DNA of 36,061 nt from Nitrososphaerales archaeon. GTDB lineage: Archaea; Thermoproteota; Nitrososphaeria; Nitrososphaerales; UBA57. Below are positions 23,040-32,092 of this stretch, piece after piece; the stretch's first letter is position 1, and every line of letters starts with the position of its first letter. A program made the translations under genes and the position numbers. Under the pieces are notes generated by a model that saw only the letters and a list, made by a program, of their open reading frames with translations, did not search any database and was not told the DNA's origin. The stretch covers positions 1 through 36,061 of the forward strand of contig JAKUSK010000004.1 in NCBI GenBank assembly GCA_022449325.1. Direction: 5' to 3'.

Positions 23040-24221
23040 TTGCATTATTTACACGACAAAATCATATTAACGAAAGATAACTTATTAAATGCAGGTATAA
23101 AATTGGCAGATTATTCAGTAACTCCGTGGGAAGTTAAAGGAGAAGTAGATTACGACAGATTGGTAAGAGACTTTGGTACTTCGTATATTGATCAATCATT
23201 ATTGGATAGAGTAAAAACACATACAGGGGAACCACATTTTATGTTAAAAAGAAAGGTATTTTTTAGTCATAGAGATTTCAATTGGATTTTAGATAAATAT
23301 GAAAAAGGAGAGAAGTTCTTCTTATACACTGGTAGAGGTCCGTCTGGAGACACACATTTAGGTCATTTATTGCCTTGGATTTTTACACAGTACTTGCAAG
23401 AGAAATTTGGCGTAGAACTATACTTTCAAATCACCGATGACGAGAAATATATGTACGACAGATCATTAACAAGAAAACAAGTATCGGAATTTGCTTATGA
23501 GAACATATTAGATATAATAGCATTAGGTTTTGATCCAGAAAAAACGTTCATTTTTAAGAATACTGAATACATAAAAACTATGTATAAAATTTCAACAGAC
23601 ATTGCAAAACACATTACATTTTCTACTGCAAAAGGCATATTTGGTTTCCAAAATAGTTCCAACATAGGAATGATTTTTTTCCCGTCTTTGCAAGCTGCAA
23701 CATGTTTCTTGCCATCAGAATTAAAAGGAAAAAATATTCCATGTTTGATTCCTGCAGCAATTGACCAAGATGATTATTGGAGAGGAATTGCCAGAGAGAT
23801 TGCACCAAAATTGGGATATTACAAACCTGCTCAAATACATTCAAAATTCTTACCTGCATTACAAAGAGGAGAAAAAATGAGTGCGTCGAAACCAAATACT
23901 GCAATATTTACAACTGACGAACCTGAAGTAGCGGAAAAAAAGATAAAAAGTGCATTTACAGGAGGTAGAGATACAATAGAAGAACATAGAAAACATGGAG
24001 GAAATCCAGATGTAGATAGTGCATTCCAATATCTTTACATGATTTTGGAAGAAGATGATAAAAAAATATCAGAAATTGAAGCGGAATATAGAGCAGGAAA
24101 TCTATTATCAGGAGAATTAAAACAAATTGCTGCAGAGAAGACCAAGGTATTTCTAAAAGAACATCAAAGAAAAAGAGAGTCTGCGAAGAAAACTTTCGAT
24201 AAATTTATTTTGAGAGATTAG
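23040..24221 (+). CDS. trpS: Tryptophanyl-tRNA synthetase
   Basis: VTPWEVKGEVDYDRL, GRGPSGDTHLGHL (HIGH-type), ITDDEKY, KMSASKP (KMSKS-type). There is no in-frame ATG near the 5' end. The start is TTG at 23040 or, more plausibly given the 5S gene 35 nt away, TTG at 23103 (M-ADYSVTPWEV). Confidence 0.88.
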   Translation: MHYLHDKIILTKDNLLNAGIKLADYSVTPWEVKGEVDYDRLVRDFGTSYIDQSLLDRVKTHTGEPHFMLKRKVFFSHRDFNWILDKYEKGEKFFLYTGRGPSGDTHLGHLLPWIFTQYLQEKFGVELYFQITDDEKYMYDRSLTRKQVSEFAYENILDIIALGFDPEKTFIFKNTEYIKTMYKISTDIAKHITFSTAKGIFGFQNSSNIGMIFFPSLQAATCFLPSELKGKNIPCLIPAAIDQDDYWRGIAREIAPKLGYYKPAQIHSKFLPALQRGEKMSASKPNTAIFTTDEPEVAEKKIKSAFTGGRDTIEEHRKHGGNPDVDSAFQYLYMILEEDDKKISEIEAEYRAGNLLSGELKQIAAEKTKVFLKEHQRKRESAKKTFDKFILRD

Positions 24222-25748
24222 GTGGTAAGATTGGCAGATATGAATACAAATAATTTGCATTTGTTAGAAAGAAAGTTATTACAAGTAATGTCGAATAATA
24301 ATGAGGCAGAACTAGAGGATTTAGTGAACGATTCAGGACTTACTTTGGATCAGATAAGAAGGTCTGTAGAATGGCTCAAGGAGAAGAATCTAATTGAAGT
24401 AAAGATGACAGAAATGAAGTTAATCTCATTGGGTAAAGAAGGTGAAAATACAAAGAAAAATGGATTGCCTGAAAAAAGATTAGTAAATAAGTTGAAAACT
24501 GGAGAAGAAATAGAACTATCAGAATTACCAAAAAAAATAGATTTGAATCAAGATGAGTTATCGGCGGCATTAGGATATGCAAGAGCCGAAAAGTGGATTA
24601 CAATATTTAAAAAAGACAACAAAGTAATGATAAGAAGAGAAGGCAAAGAGGCAGAATCTAAGATAGAGGATTTATTGAATAAAATTTCAGAACCATTACA
24701 ACTTTCTGAGTTTTCTTCAGAAGAACAAGAAATTTTACGTTCTCTTGTAAAAAGACCGGAATATATTTCCTATGAAGTAGTAAAGAAAACACGTGTAAAA
24801 ATAACGAAAAATGGTTTGGAAGTTTCCAAGAACATAAAAGATGACAATTATATCGACGTATTAACGCCTAAGATGTTGGAATCTGGAGAATGGAGAAATG
24901 CATCATTGAGGCCATTAAATGTAGAATCGCCATCTCCAACAATCTACTCAGGAAAGAAACACCCAGTAAGAATATTCATAGATGAAGTAAGGGAGATTTT
25001 TGTTTCGTTAGGTTTTCAAGAAGTGGAAGGTTCAATTGTGCAATCCTCGTTTTGGAATTTTGATGCTTTGTTCACTCCTCAAGACCATCCTGCTAGAGAG
25101 ATACAAGATACATTTTACATTGAAAATGAAAAAGCGTCACTGGATGTAGATAAACAGATACTGAAAAACGTTGAATCAGTACATAAAGATGGAGCTAATA
25201 CTGGTTCTAAAGGTTGGCGTTATCAATGGAATATAGAACAAGCTAGAAGAATGGTTATGAGAACACATACAACATGTGTTTCAGTGAGAAATTTAGCTGA
25301 CAACAAACCAGATGAGGCAAGGGTATTTTCAGTTGGAAGGGTGTTTCGTAATGAGAAAGTGACTTTTAAGAATCTGGTTGAATTTCATCAAATAGAAGGA
25401 ATAGTAGTTGGGAAAGATGTGACTTTGAGAGATTTAATGGGTCTATTAACTAAATTTTATAAAAAATTAGGCTTTGAGAAAATTAAATTTTGGCCTTCGT
25501 TCTTTCCATATACAGAACCATCACTACAATCAATGGTATATCATGAAGGTTTAGGAAGATGGATAGAACTTGGAGGAATGGGTATATTTAGACCTGAAGT
25601 TACAAGACCACTTGGAGTAAAGAATCCAGTATTGGCATGGGGAAGCGGATTAGAACGATTGGTCATGCTCAGATATGGAATAGACGATGTGAGAAAATTA
25701 TATGAGAATGATCTTGATTGGTTAAGGGGAATTCCATTATGCCCGTAG
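24222..25748 (+). CDS. pheS: Phenylalanyl-tRNA synthetase alpha subunit
   Basis: Class II motifs ...HPAREIQDTFY..., RTHTT, FRNE...FHQIEG, GMGIFRPEV..AWGSGLERL. GTG start. Confidence 0.9.
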   Translation: MVRLADMNTNNLHLLERKLLQVMSNNNEAELEDLVNDSGLTLDQIRRSVEWLKEKNLIEVKMTEMKLISLGKEGENTKKNGLPEKRLVNKLKTGEEIELSELPKKIDLNQDELSAALGYARAEKWITIFKKDNKVMIRREGKEAESKIEDLLNKISEPLQLSEFSSEEQEILRSLVKRPEYISYEVVKKTRVKITKNGLEVSKNIKDDNYIDVLTPKMLESGEWRNASLRPLNVESPSPTIYSGKKHPVRIFIDEVREIFVSLGFQEVEGSIVQSSFWNFDALFTPQDHPAREIQDTFYIENEKASLDVDKQILKNVESVHKDGANTGSKGWRYQWNIEQARRMVMRTHTTCVSVRNLADNKPDEARVFSVGRVFRNEKVTFKNLVEFHQIEGIVVGKDVTLRDLMGLLTKFYKKLGFEKIKFWPSFFPYTEPSLQSMVYHEGLGRWIELGGMGIFRPEVTRPLGVKNPVLAWGSGLERLVMLRYGIDDVRKLYENDLDWLRGIPLCP

Positions 25749-27400
25749 TTACAGTCTATTATGATAGAATGTTTTCAATGTTGAAAGGTAAGATTTCAAA
25801 GGATCAGTTAATAGAAAAGATTCCTTATCTTGGTTTGGACATAGAAGAAGAAAATGACGAATATATCAAAATAGAATATAATCCAAACCGTCCAGATTAT
25901 TCAACGGATTACGGAATTGCAAGATCTTTGAATAGCTTCTTAGATTTTGAAACTGAATATTCAAAATATGATATTAATGAAAGTGAATTTGTCATTAATG
26001 TTGATAAATCAACGGAACAGGTCAGACAATACATTGTGGCTGCCGTAATAAAAGATATAAAACTGGATGACGAGACAATCAGGCAAATAATTACAATGCA
26101 AGAAGATTTGCATAATGGTATTGGAAGAAAAAGGAAGAAAGTGGCCATAGGAATTCATAATTTGGATGTTATAAAATCACCTTTGGAATATATTACAGTG
26201 GATGATTCATTTTCATTCATTCCATTAAACAAAGATTCTGACATGACTGTAAAGGAAATATTGAATTCAGAAATAGGAAATCAATATGCAAATATACTTT
26301 TAGGAAATAATCGATATCCGATCATAAGGGATGCTAACAAACAAGTTTTGTCGTTTCCGCCAATAATCAATGGAGATTTAACAAGGTTAGACTCAAAAAC
26401 AACTAATTTATTTATCGATGTGACGGGAACGGATTTAGATGCAGTATCCAATGCATTATCAGTACTGTTTACGACTCTTAATGATGCAGGCGGGAAGGTA
26501 CAATCAGTAGAAATTAACGTTAATAGTTCCAAGATTAGGACTCCCGAAGTCAACGATAACACAATGGAAGTTGAGACAGAATATGTCAGGTCACTTCTTG
26601 GATTAGAAATATCGGAAAAGGAAATCATAGAATATTTACGTCGATGTAGAATTTTAGGAGAAATATCGGGAAACAAAGTAGTAATAAAAACAGAGCCATT
26701 TAGATTTGATCTAATTCATCCAGTAGATGTAATTGAAGAGATTGGATTAGGATATGGAATACATAACCTTGAACCAACACTACCAGGGTCAGATATGACT
26801 GGTGGGTTTGATGAGAAACAGCGATTTTTAGACAAGGCAAGAGATGTATTGACAGGTCTTGGATTAATTGAAATAATGACAATCGGGTTAATCAGTGAAG
26901 ATATGCTCGAAAAATCAGAAATGAGTACAAGTGAACTATTGAAAGTAGTCGATACAAAAAGTATTGAGCATGAAGTGTTAAAGAATTCCAATGTTCCCGC
27001 AATTTTGAAAACGTTTTCAAAAAATATACACAAGAAATACCCACAAAGAATTTTTGAGATTTCAAAGGTTTTTGGTAAAAAAGATAACGAGATACATGAG
27101 AATTATCAGCTTACTGTAGGTTTAGCGCATGCAACAGTGAATTTTACAGAGGTTAGTTCTTATCTTAATGCATTCGGCAAACAATTACTCGACATAGATT
27201 TGTCAACGAAAGCTAGTGAGAATGAAATATTTGTGAAAGGCAGAGCAGCAGAAATAATTGATGAAGAAGGAATAAAGGTTGGAGTAATAGGCGAGATTAA
27301 GCCACAGGTTTTAGAAAACTTTGCGTTAAGAACTCCAATTTCATTATTTGATATAAATTTGGATCAGTTGATGAAGAAGAAAATTTCTAAGAACGAATAG
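25739..27400 (+). CDS. pheT: Phenylalanyl-tRNA synthetase beta subunit
   Basis: MPVVTVYYDRM...EYNPNRPDYSTDYGIARSL, the archaeal/eukaryal PheT N-terminus. The ATG at 25739 overlaps the pheS stop by 10 nt. Confidence 0.9.
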   Translation: MPVVTVYYDRMFSMLKGKISKDQLIEKIPYLGLDIEEENDEYIKIEYNPNRPDYSTDYGIARSLNSFLDFETEYSKYDINESEFVINVDKSTEQVRQYIVAAVIKDIKLDDETIRQIITMQEDLHNGIGRKRKKVAIGIHNLDVIKSPLEYITVDDSFSFIPLNKDSDMTVKEILNSEIGNQYANILLGNNRYPIIRDANKQVLSFPPIINGDLTRLDSKTTNLFIDVTGTDLDAVSNALSVLFTTLNDAGGKVQSVEINVNSSKIRTPEVNDNTMEVETEYVRSLLGLEISEKEIIEYLRRCRILGEISGNKVVIKTEPFRFDLIHPVDVIEEIGLGYGIHNLEPTLPGSDMTGGFDEKQRFLDKARDVLTGLGLIEIMTIGLISEDMLEKSEMSTSELLKVVDTKSIEHEVLKNSNVPAILKTFSKNIHKKYPQRIFEISKVFGKKDNEIHENYQLTVGLAHATVNFTEVSSYLNAFGKQLLDIDLSTKASENEIFVKGRAAEIIDEEGIKVGVIGEIKPQVLENFALRTPISLFDINLDQLMKKKISKNE

Positions 27401-27983
27401 TAACTTTCATAGTCACTTTTTCGAGAGGATTGTCATTACCATCTCTTTTAACATTTACAATTTTATCTGCAACGTCCATTCCTTCAATTACTTCGCCAAA
27501 GACAGTATATTGTCCGTCCAAGAAATTTGAATCTTTTACTACAATAAAGAATTGAGAACCAGCAGAATTAGGATCTTGTGCTCTAGCCATTGACAAGATA
27601 CCACGTTTATGTGGCACGTCGCTAAATTCAGCGTTTATAGTGAATCCAGGACCTCCCTGACCATCGTTGCTGCGATCTTCATCTTTAGAATTAGGATCTC
27701 CTCCTTGAATCATAAAATCAGGTATTACACGGTGGAAAGTAGTTCCATCATAAAATCCATCTTGGGCTAATTTAACGAAATTTTCAACATGTCCTGGAGC
27801 TACGTCAGGATACAATTGAATAACAATATTACCAAAGTTAGTTTCAATAACTGCGATTTGTCTATCACTCATATTATCTGATGAGTTAGAGTTACTATTA
27901 AATGGATTAAATAATATAAATCCAACTGCAATTAAAATTACGACACCAACGATCGCTAAAGTTCTATTATCTAGGCTTGACAT
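27387..27983 (-). CDS. Cyclophilin-type peptidyl-prolyl cis-trans isomerase with N-terminal membrane anchor/signal
   Basis: FHRVIPDFMIQGGDP, SMARAQDPNSAGSQFFIV motifs. N-terminal LAIVGVVILIAVGFILF hydrophobic helix. Confidence 0.9.
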   Translation of the reverse strand: MSSLDNRTLAIVGVVILIAVGFILFNPFNSNSNSSDNMSDRQIAVIETNFGNIVIQLYPDVAPGHVENFVKLAQDGFYDGTTFHRVIPDFMIQGGDPNSKDEDRSNDGQGGPGFTINAEFSDVPHKRGILSMARAQDPNSAGSQFFIVVKDSNFLDGQYTVFGEVIEGMDVADKIVNVKRDGNDNPLEKVTMKVTIRS

Positions 27984-28045
27984 AATAATTAAAAAAACAC
28001 AGGGTTCTTATTTATTTCTTTAAAAATAGATAAATCAGCAAAACA

Positions 28046-28232
28046 AAGCATAATTGTGGTCATAAAGACATTGTGACGGCCGAATCTGAAGTTGTGTGAA
28101 TAATACGTTGATGATTTTTTGGCCACCCAGCGATGTGACAGATCACAGATAGCCCCGAGTTAAGAGGAGTGGTAAGTATGGGCATTAAGCCAAAACAATG
28201 ACCTATTTCAGTCAGAGGCGGGGTATAATTAA
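28046..28232. ncRNA. Candidate structured non-coding RNA (GC-rich island in a 318-nt intergenic region); class and strand unknown
   Basis: 28121-28180 is about 53% GC (32/60, hand count), versus clearly AT-rich neighbouring spacers. Hairpin TGTGA-caga-TCACA at 28134-28147. Possible long-range pairs CCCCG (28153-57)/CGGGG (28219-23) and GTGGTCA (28057-63)/TGGCCAC (28119-25). No ORF. Confidence 0.3.
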
Positions 28233-28301
28233 CATAGTGTTAATAAATAGTGTCAACTTTTAGAAATATAGTCCAATATTATAAAGAATGAAAGGGGAGA
28301 T

Positions 28302-29165
28302 GTGTCATTGAATCGAGAAGAATTAATTAAGGAGTTAGAAATTAGATCTGAAAGTTACATACTAAGATTTGATAAAGCATTAGTCAAAGTATTTGATAAT
28401 CATCAATGGTCTAGTTTTCATGAACCGTTACTTTATGCAACACATGGAGGTAAGAGAATTAGGCCTTTGATTTTAATGCTTGCAGCTGAAGCTGTCGGTG
28501 TTCCGTCTACTAAAACAGATTTAGCTTCAGTAGCTGTGGAACTCTTACATACAGAATCAATTATACATGATGACATAATTGATGAACAAATTAAGAGACG
28601 TGATAGAGATTCATTTCATAAGAGATATGGAAATAATACATCAATTTTAACAGCTGATTTCGTTTTTGGTATAATTCTAGAAATTGCCTCCAGATATAAT
28701 GATCCACGAGTGGCAAAAGAGCTTTCACTTGCTGCAATTAAGATGTGCGAAGGAGAACAAAGAGAACTAAGTATGAATTCACGAGAAGTGCCATGGGTAG
28801 AATACTTGACAGTGAGTAGTGAGAAAACAGCTGCATTATTCCTGACATCATCTAAATTAGGAGCAATAATAGGTGGAGGAAATGAAGAAGAGATAGATGG
28901 TTTAGCTGGATTTGGCGTAAATCTAGGAATTGCATATCAAATTCATGATGACATACTTGATTGGGAAACTGATAGAAAGTTTTCAAATGATATGAACATA
29001 GATAACGAGATTCAAGAAAATGAGTATGTTACATTGACAAAATTAAAAGAAATGGCAAATGTGTATGCGGAAAATGCAAAGAACAGTTTAGACGTAATCA
29101 AAGATTCGGAACAAAAAGAATTCCTGCACGATTTAGCCGATTTTACGATCAGACGGGATTATTAG
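28302..29165 (+). CDS. Polyprenyl (geranylgeranyl) diphosphate synthase
   Basis: First and second Asp-rich motifs LLHTESIIHDDIID and AYQIHDDILD. GTG (28302) or TTG (28308) start. Confidence 0.85.
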   Translation: MSLNREELIKELEIRSESYILRFDKALVKVFDNHQWSSFHEPLLYATHGGKRIRPLILMLAAEAVGVPSTKTDLASVAVELLHTESIIHDDIIDEQIKRRDRDSFHKRYGNNTSILTADFVFGIILEIASRYNDPRVAKELSLAAIKMCEGEQRELSMNSREVPWVEYLTVSSEKTAALFLTSSKLGAIIGGGNEEEIDGLAGFGVNLGIAYQIHDDILDWETDRKFSNDMNIDNEIQENEYVTLTKLKEMANVYAENAKNSLDVIKDSEQKEFLHDLADFTIRRDY

Positions 29166-30597
29166 ATAAGAAAGACAATGTAATATCTTCTGAGATATTA
29201 TACAAAACATTTGGAAGTAAACCAGTAACTATGATTATAGCAGAAGCAAACAAAAGAATTGAGACAAAGATGAAAGGCTCTTTTATAGACTTTAGTGATG
29301 TTTCATCCATATACATTCTTTTGATTACTAGTAAATAATAAGCAACAGAAATTGCACTGTTAACAAGTCCTGCAAGAGCAAGCCAAGTATAACCTCCATC
29401 AACTGCTGCGGAAAACAACACTAACTTACTCCAAAATCCATTTAATGGTGGAATTCCTGCTAGACCTAATAATGACAATGCTAAACAGAATGAGGTTATT
29501 GGCATTACTTTAGAAAGACCGTTATAACTATCTAATGAACTACTAGAAGTTTTTAATCTGACTAATGCAACTGCCAAGAAAGCAGAAGCCTGCAAAATTG
29601 CATGATTAAAAGAATGATATAATAAACCAAGTAAACCAAGATCAGAATACGGTAATACAACTAGACCAATGAGAAGATATCCAGCTTGTGCAATACTAGA
29701 ATAAGCAAGCATTCTTGTAATGGATTTTTGAGTAAGTGCGGCAAGATTGCCAAGAGTCATAGTTACTAAAGCGACAATAGACAAAGCAAGTGCTAAATCA
29801 AAATAAAATAGTGGAAATATTACTGCGAATATTCTTATTGCTGCGGCGAAGCCAGCTTTCTTGGTAGCGGCAGAAAGCAATGCACTGATAGTCGTAGGAG
29901 AACCCTCGTATGTATCTGGAATCCACATATGGAATGGAACAATTGATAATTTCAAGCCAAGACCTGCAAGCATAGAGATTGTAGAAAATATTATGAATGG
30001 AAGCATATCTGCAGAAACCGTAGGGAGAGACTGAGATATAATTTCAAGATTAGTAGAGCCTGTAATTCCAAACATTAATGAGATACCATAAAGAAGAATT
30101 CCCGACGATAAGGCGCCTAGAATAAAGAATTTGACTGCAGCTTCGTTGGAAAGTTTATCTTGTTTATTATATCCAGCCAAAATAAACGTAGGAAGACTCA
30201 TCAATTCCCATGCGACAAATATAACAAGGAGATCTACTGCAAAGGAAAGCATAGTCATTCCAATTGCTGTAAATAATAATAGTGAATAATAGATATTTTC
30301 ATTTGAATTACCTTTCATGTAATCAAACGAGGTTATGGTAACAAACAATGTTACTAAGATAACCATGAGACTAAAAAATGAACCAAGAGTGTCGTTACGA
30401 AGAAGATGAGGGACAGTAGATTCTTGAGGTGTAAGAGATAATGTGGAACTAATCAATAAAACTAAAGAGACCAACAATGAAAGTGTAGTAATATATTGAA
30501 CGTATTTTATGGATTTTTTACCAAATATTATTCCATATAGTGGAGAGGTAACTGCAACAGAAGTTAAAATAATGAGTACTATGATTGGAGTATCCAA
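29149..30597 (-). CDS. nuoN: NADH-quinone oxidoreductase subunit N
   Basis: Antiporter-like, about 14 TM. FVAWELMSLP, HMWIPDTYEGSPTTISALLSAATKKAG. Last gene of the K-M'-L-M-N string. Confidence 0.85.
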   Translation of the reverse strand: MDTPIIVLIILTSVAVTSPLYGIIFGKKSIKYVQYITTLSLLVSLVLLISSTLSLTPQESTVPHLLRNDTLGSFFSLMVILVTLFVTITSFDYMKGNSNENIYYSLLLFTAIGMTMLSFAVDLLVIFVAWELMSLPTFILAGYNKQDKLSNEAAVKFFILGALSSGILLYGISLMFGITGSTNLEIISQSLPTVSADMLPFIIFSTISMLAGLGLKLSIVPFHMWIPDTYEGSPTTISALLSAATKKAGFAAAIRIFAVIFPLFYFDLALALSIVALVTMTLGNLAALTQKSITRMLAYSSIAQAGYLLIGLVVLPYSDLGLLGLLYHSFNHAILQASAFLAVALVRLKTSSSSLDSYNGLSKVMPITSFCLALSLLGLAGIPPLNGFWSKLVLFSAAVDGGYTWLALAGLVNSAISVAYYLLVIKRMYMDETSLKSIKEPFIFVSILLFASAIIIVTGLLPNVLYNISEDITLSFLSNNPV

Positions 30598-30598
30598 G

Positions 30599-32092
30599 TT
30601 ATGCTGCGCCTCCTGAGACTAAAGATGCGTAGAAAGTCGATATTGGATTTGCCACGTCCAGAATCAACCAAGGAGCAATAAGTGTAAGAACTAACGGAAC
30701 AAGATATAAGATAAGAGCTAGAGTGGAAATATTACTCAAATCCCATTTTTTGGTACCTGGTTTTATGTCTGACATGACGACACGGCGTAACATCCACAAG
30801 AAATAACCAACAGTAATAGCAGGTACAGCAACAATCAATGCATAAATTGTATTAACCTGAATTGCTCCAAGAATTACCAGATATTCGCTTATGAAAGTAC
30901 TAAAGATCGGAATACACATAGCGGCCATAGAGCCCAAAATTAAAAGAGTGGCCAACCTAGGACTGGAAAATTTCAATCCTTTAATGACAGTGATATTACG
31001 TGTGCCTGTAGCTTCGTGTAGATATCCAGACAACATGAACATAATTCCTACTGCAGCAGCGTGAGTAAACATTTGGAATATTGAACCAGAAATTCCGAAA
31101 ACAGTTCCAGTAAAGGCACCGACCATAACAAATCCCATATGGTTGACACTAGTCAATGCAATCATTTTCTTGATATCAGTTTGAACAATTGCTACTATTG
31201 CGCCGTAAAACATAGTAATTATTCCAACAAGAATAAAGATCCAAGCGTATTGAGCGGATGCTTCGGGAAGAAGGCCGATGTTGAAACGTAGAAATCCATA
31301 ACCGCCCATCTTCAACAGTAAACCTGCAAGAAATACACTAATTGGAGCAGGAGCTTCAACATGTGCATCTGGAAGCCAGGTATGGAATGGGACTACAGGA
31401 AGTTTAACGCCAAAGCCAATGAAGAAAAGTACTGAAGAAATTACTTGAAGGCTTAATGGGATTTTTCCAGCAACTTCAGGAATGTTAAATGAATGTGGTG
31501 CGACGTTGAAATAAATGAGAATAAATGCAAGAAGCATGAAAATACTTCCCACGAAAGTAAACAAGAAGAATTTCATTGCAGCATAGCGTTTACGTGGACC
31601 TCCCCAAATTCCTATAAATAGAAACATTGGAATCAATACTATATCCCAGAAAACATAGAACAGAATCATGTTTAATTGAGTGAATACACCCATTATCGAT
31701 CCTTGGAAAATGAAAATCATAGAATAATAAAGGACTTTACGATCTTCGATTAAATCTCGTGAACCGAATAAAACTAACAAAGTTAAGATCGAAGTAATGA
31801 GAACAAGTGGTCCACTAAGACCATCCATACCAACTAAATAGTCAATACCGAAATTACCGATAATTGATATAGGGCCTTCGACAAAATTATATTCGCCGCC
31901 GCTGCCATTTGTTAGAATTAGTCCATAAGAATAGAAAGTAATTGCTAATTCGATTAATGCAACTATAATGGCATAATGAATTATGTATTTTTGAGAGTTC
32001 TTGAATAACAATGGAATAGCAAGACCGGCTAAAATAGGCATGGCAATTAGAACAGAAATAAGTGGAAAACTAGCATCTACCATCATAATCAC
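30599..32092 (-). CDS. nuoM: NADH-quinone oxidoreductase subunit M (canonical copy)
   Basis: HTWLPDAHVEAPAPISVFLAGLLLKMGGYGFLRF and TDIKKMIALTSVNHMGF are classic NuoM motifs. Confidence 0.85.
   Translation of the reverse strand: MIMMVDASFPLISVLIAMPILAGLAIPLLFKNSQKYIIHYAIIVALIELAITFYSYGLILTNGSGGEYNFVEGPISIIGNFGIDYLVGMDGLSGPLVLITSILTLLVLFGSRDLIEDRKVLYYSMIFIFQGSIMGVFTQLNMILFYVFWDIVLIPMFLFIGIWGGPRKRYAAMKFFLFTFVGSIFMLLAFILIYFNVAPHSFNIPEVAGKIPLSLQVISSVLFFIGFGVKLPVVPFHTWLPDAHVEAPAPISVFLAGLLLKMGGYGFLRFNIGLLPEASAQYAWIFILVGIITMFYGAIVAIVQTDIKKMIALTSVNHMGFVMVGAFTGTVFGISGSIFQMFTHAAAVGIMFMLSGYLHEATGTRNITVIKGLKFSSPRLATLLILGSMAAMCIPIFSTFISEYLVILGAIQVNTIYALIVAVPAITVGYFLWMLRRVVMSDIKPGTKKWDLSNISTLALILYLVPLVLTLIAPWLILDVANPISTFYASLVSGGAA

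Noticed and set aside
25718-25738. Upstream extension of pheT (track start 25718, MVKGNSI...)
   Set aside because: The conserved PheT N-terminus begins at MPVVTVYYDRM (ATG 25739). The extension lies inside the pheS C-terminus.
28108-28150. Box C/D sRNA in the GC-rich island (UGAUGA at 28109-28114 followed by a 12-nt spacer)
   Set aside because: There is no CUGA box D/D' at the required spacing on either strand; only CAGA and AUGUGA variants occur. I therefore kept it as an unclassified ncRNA candidate.
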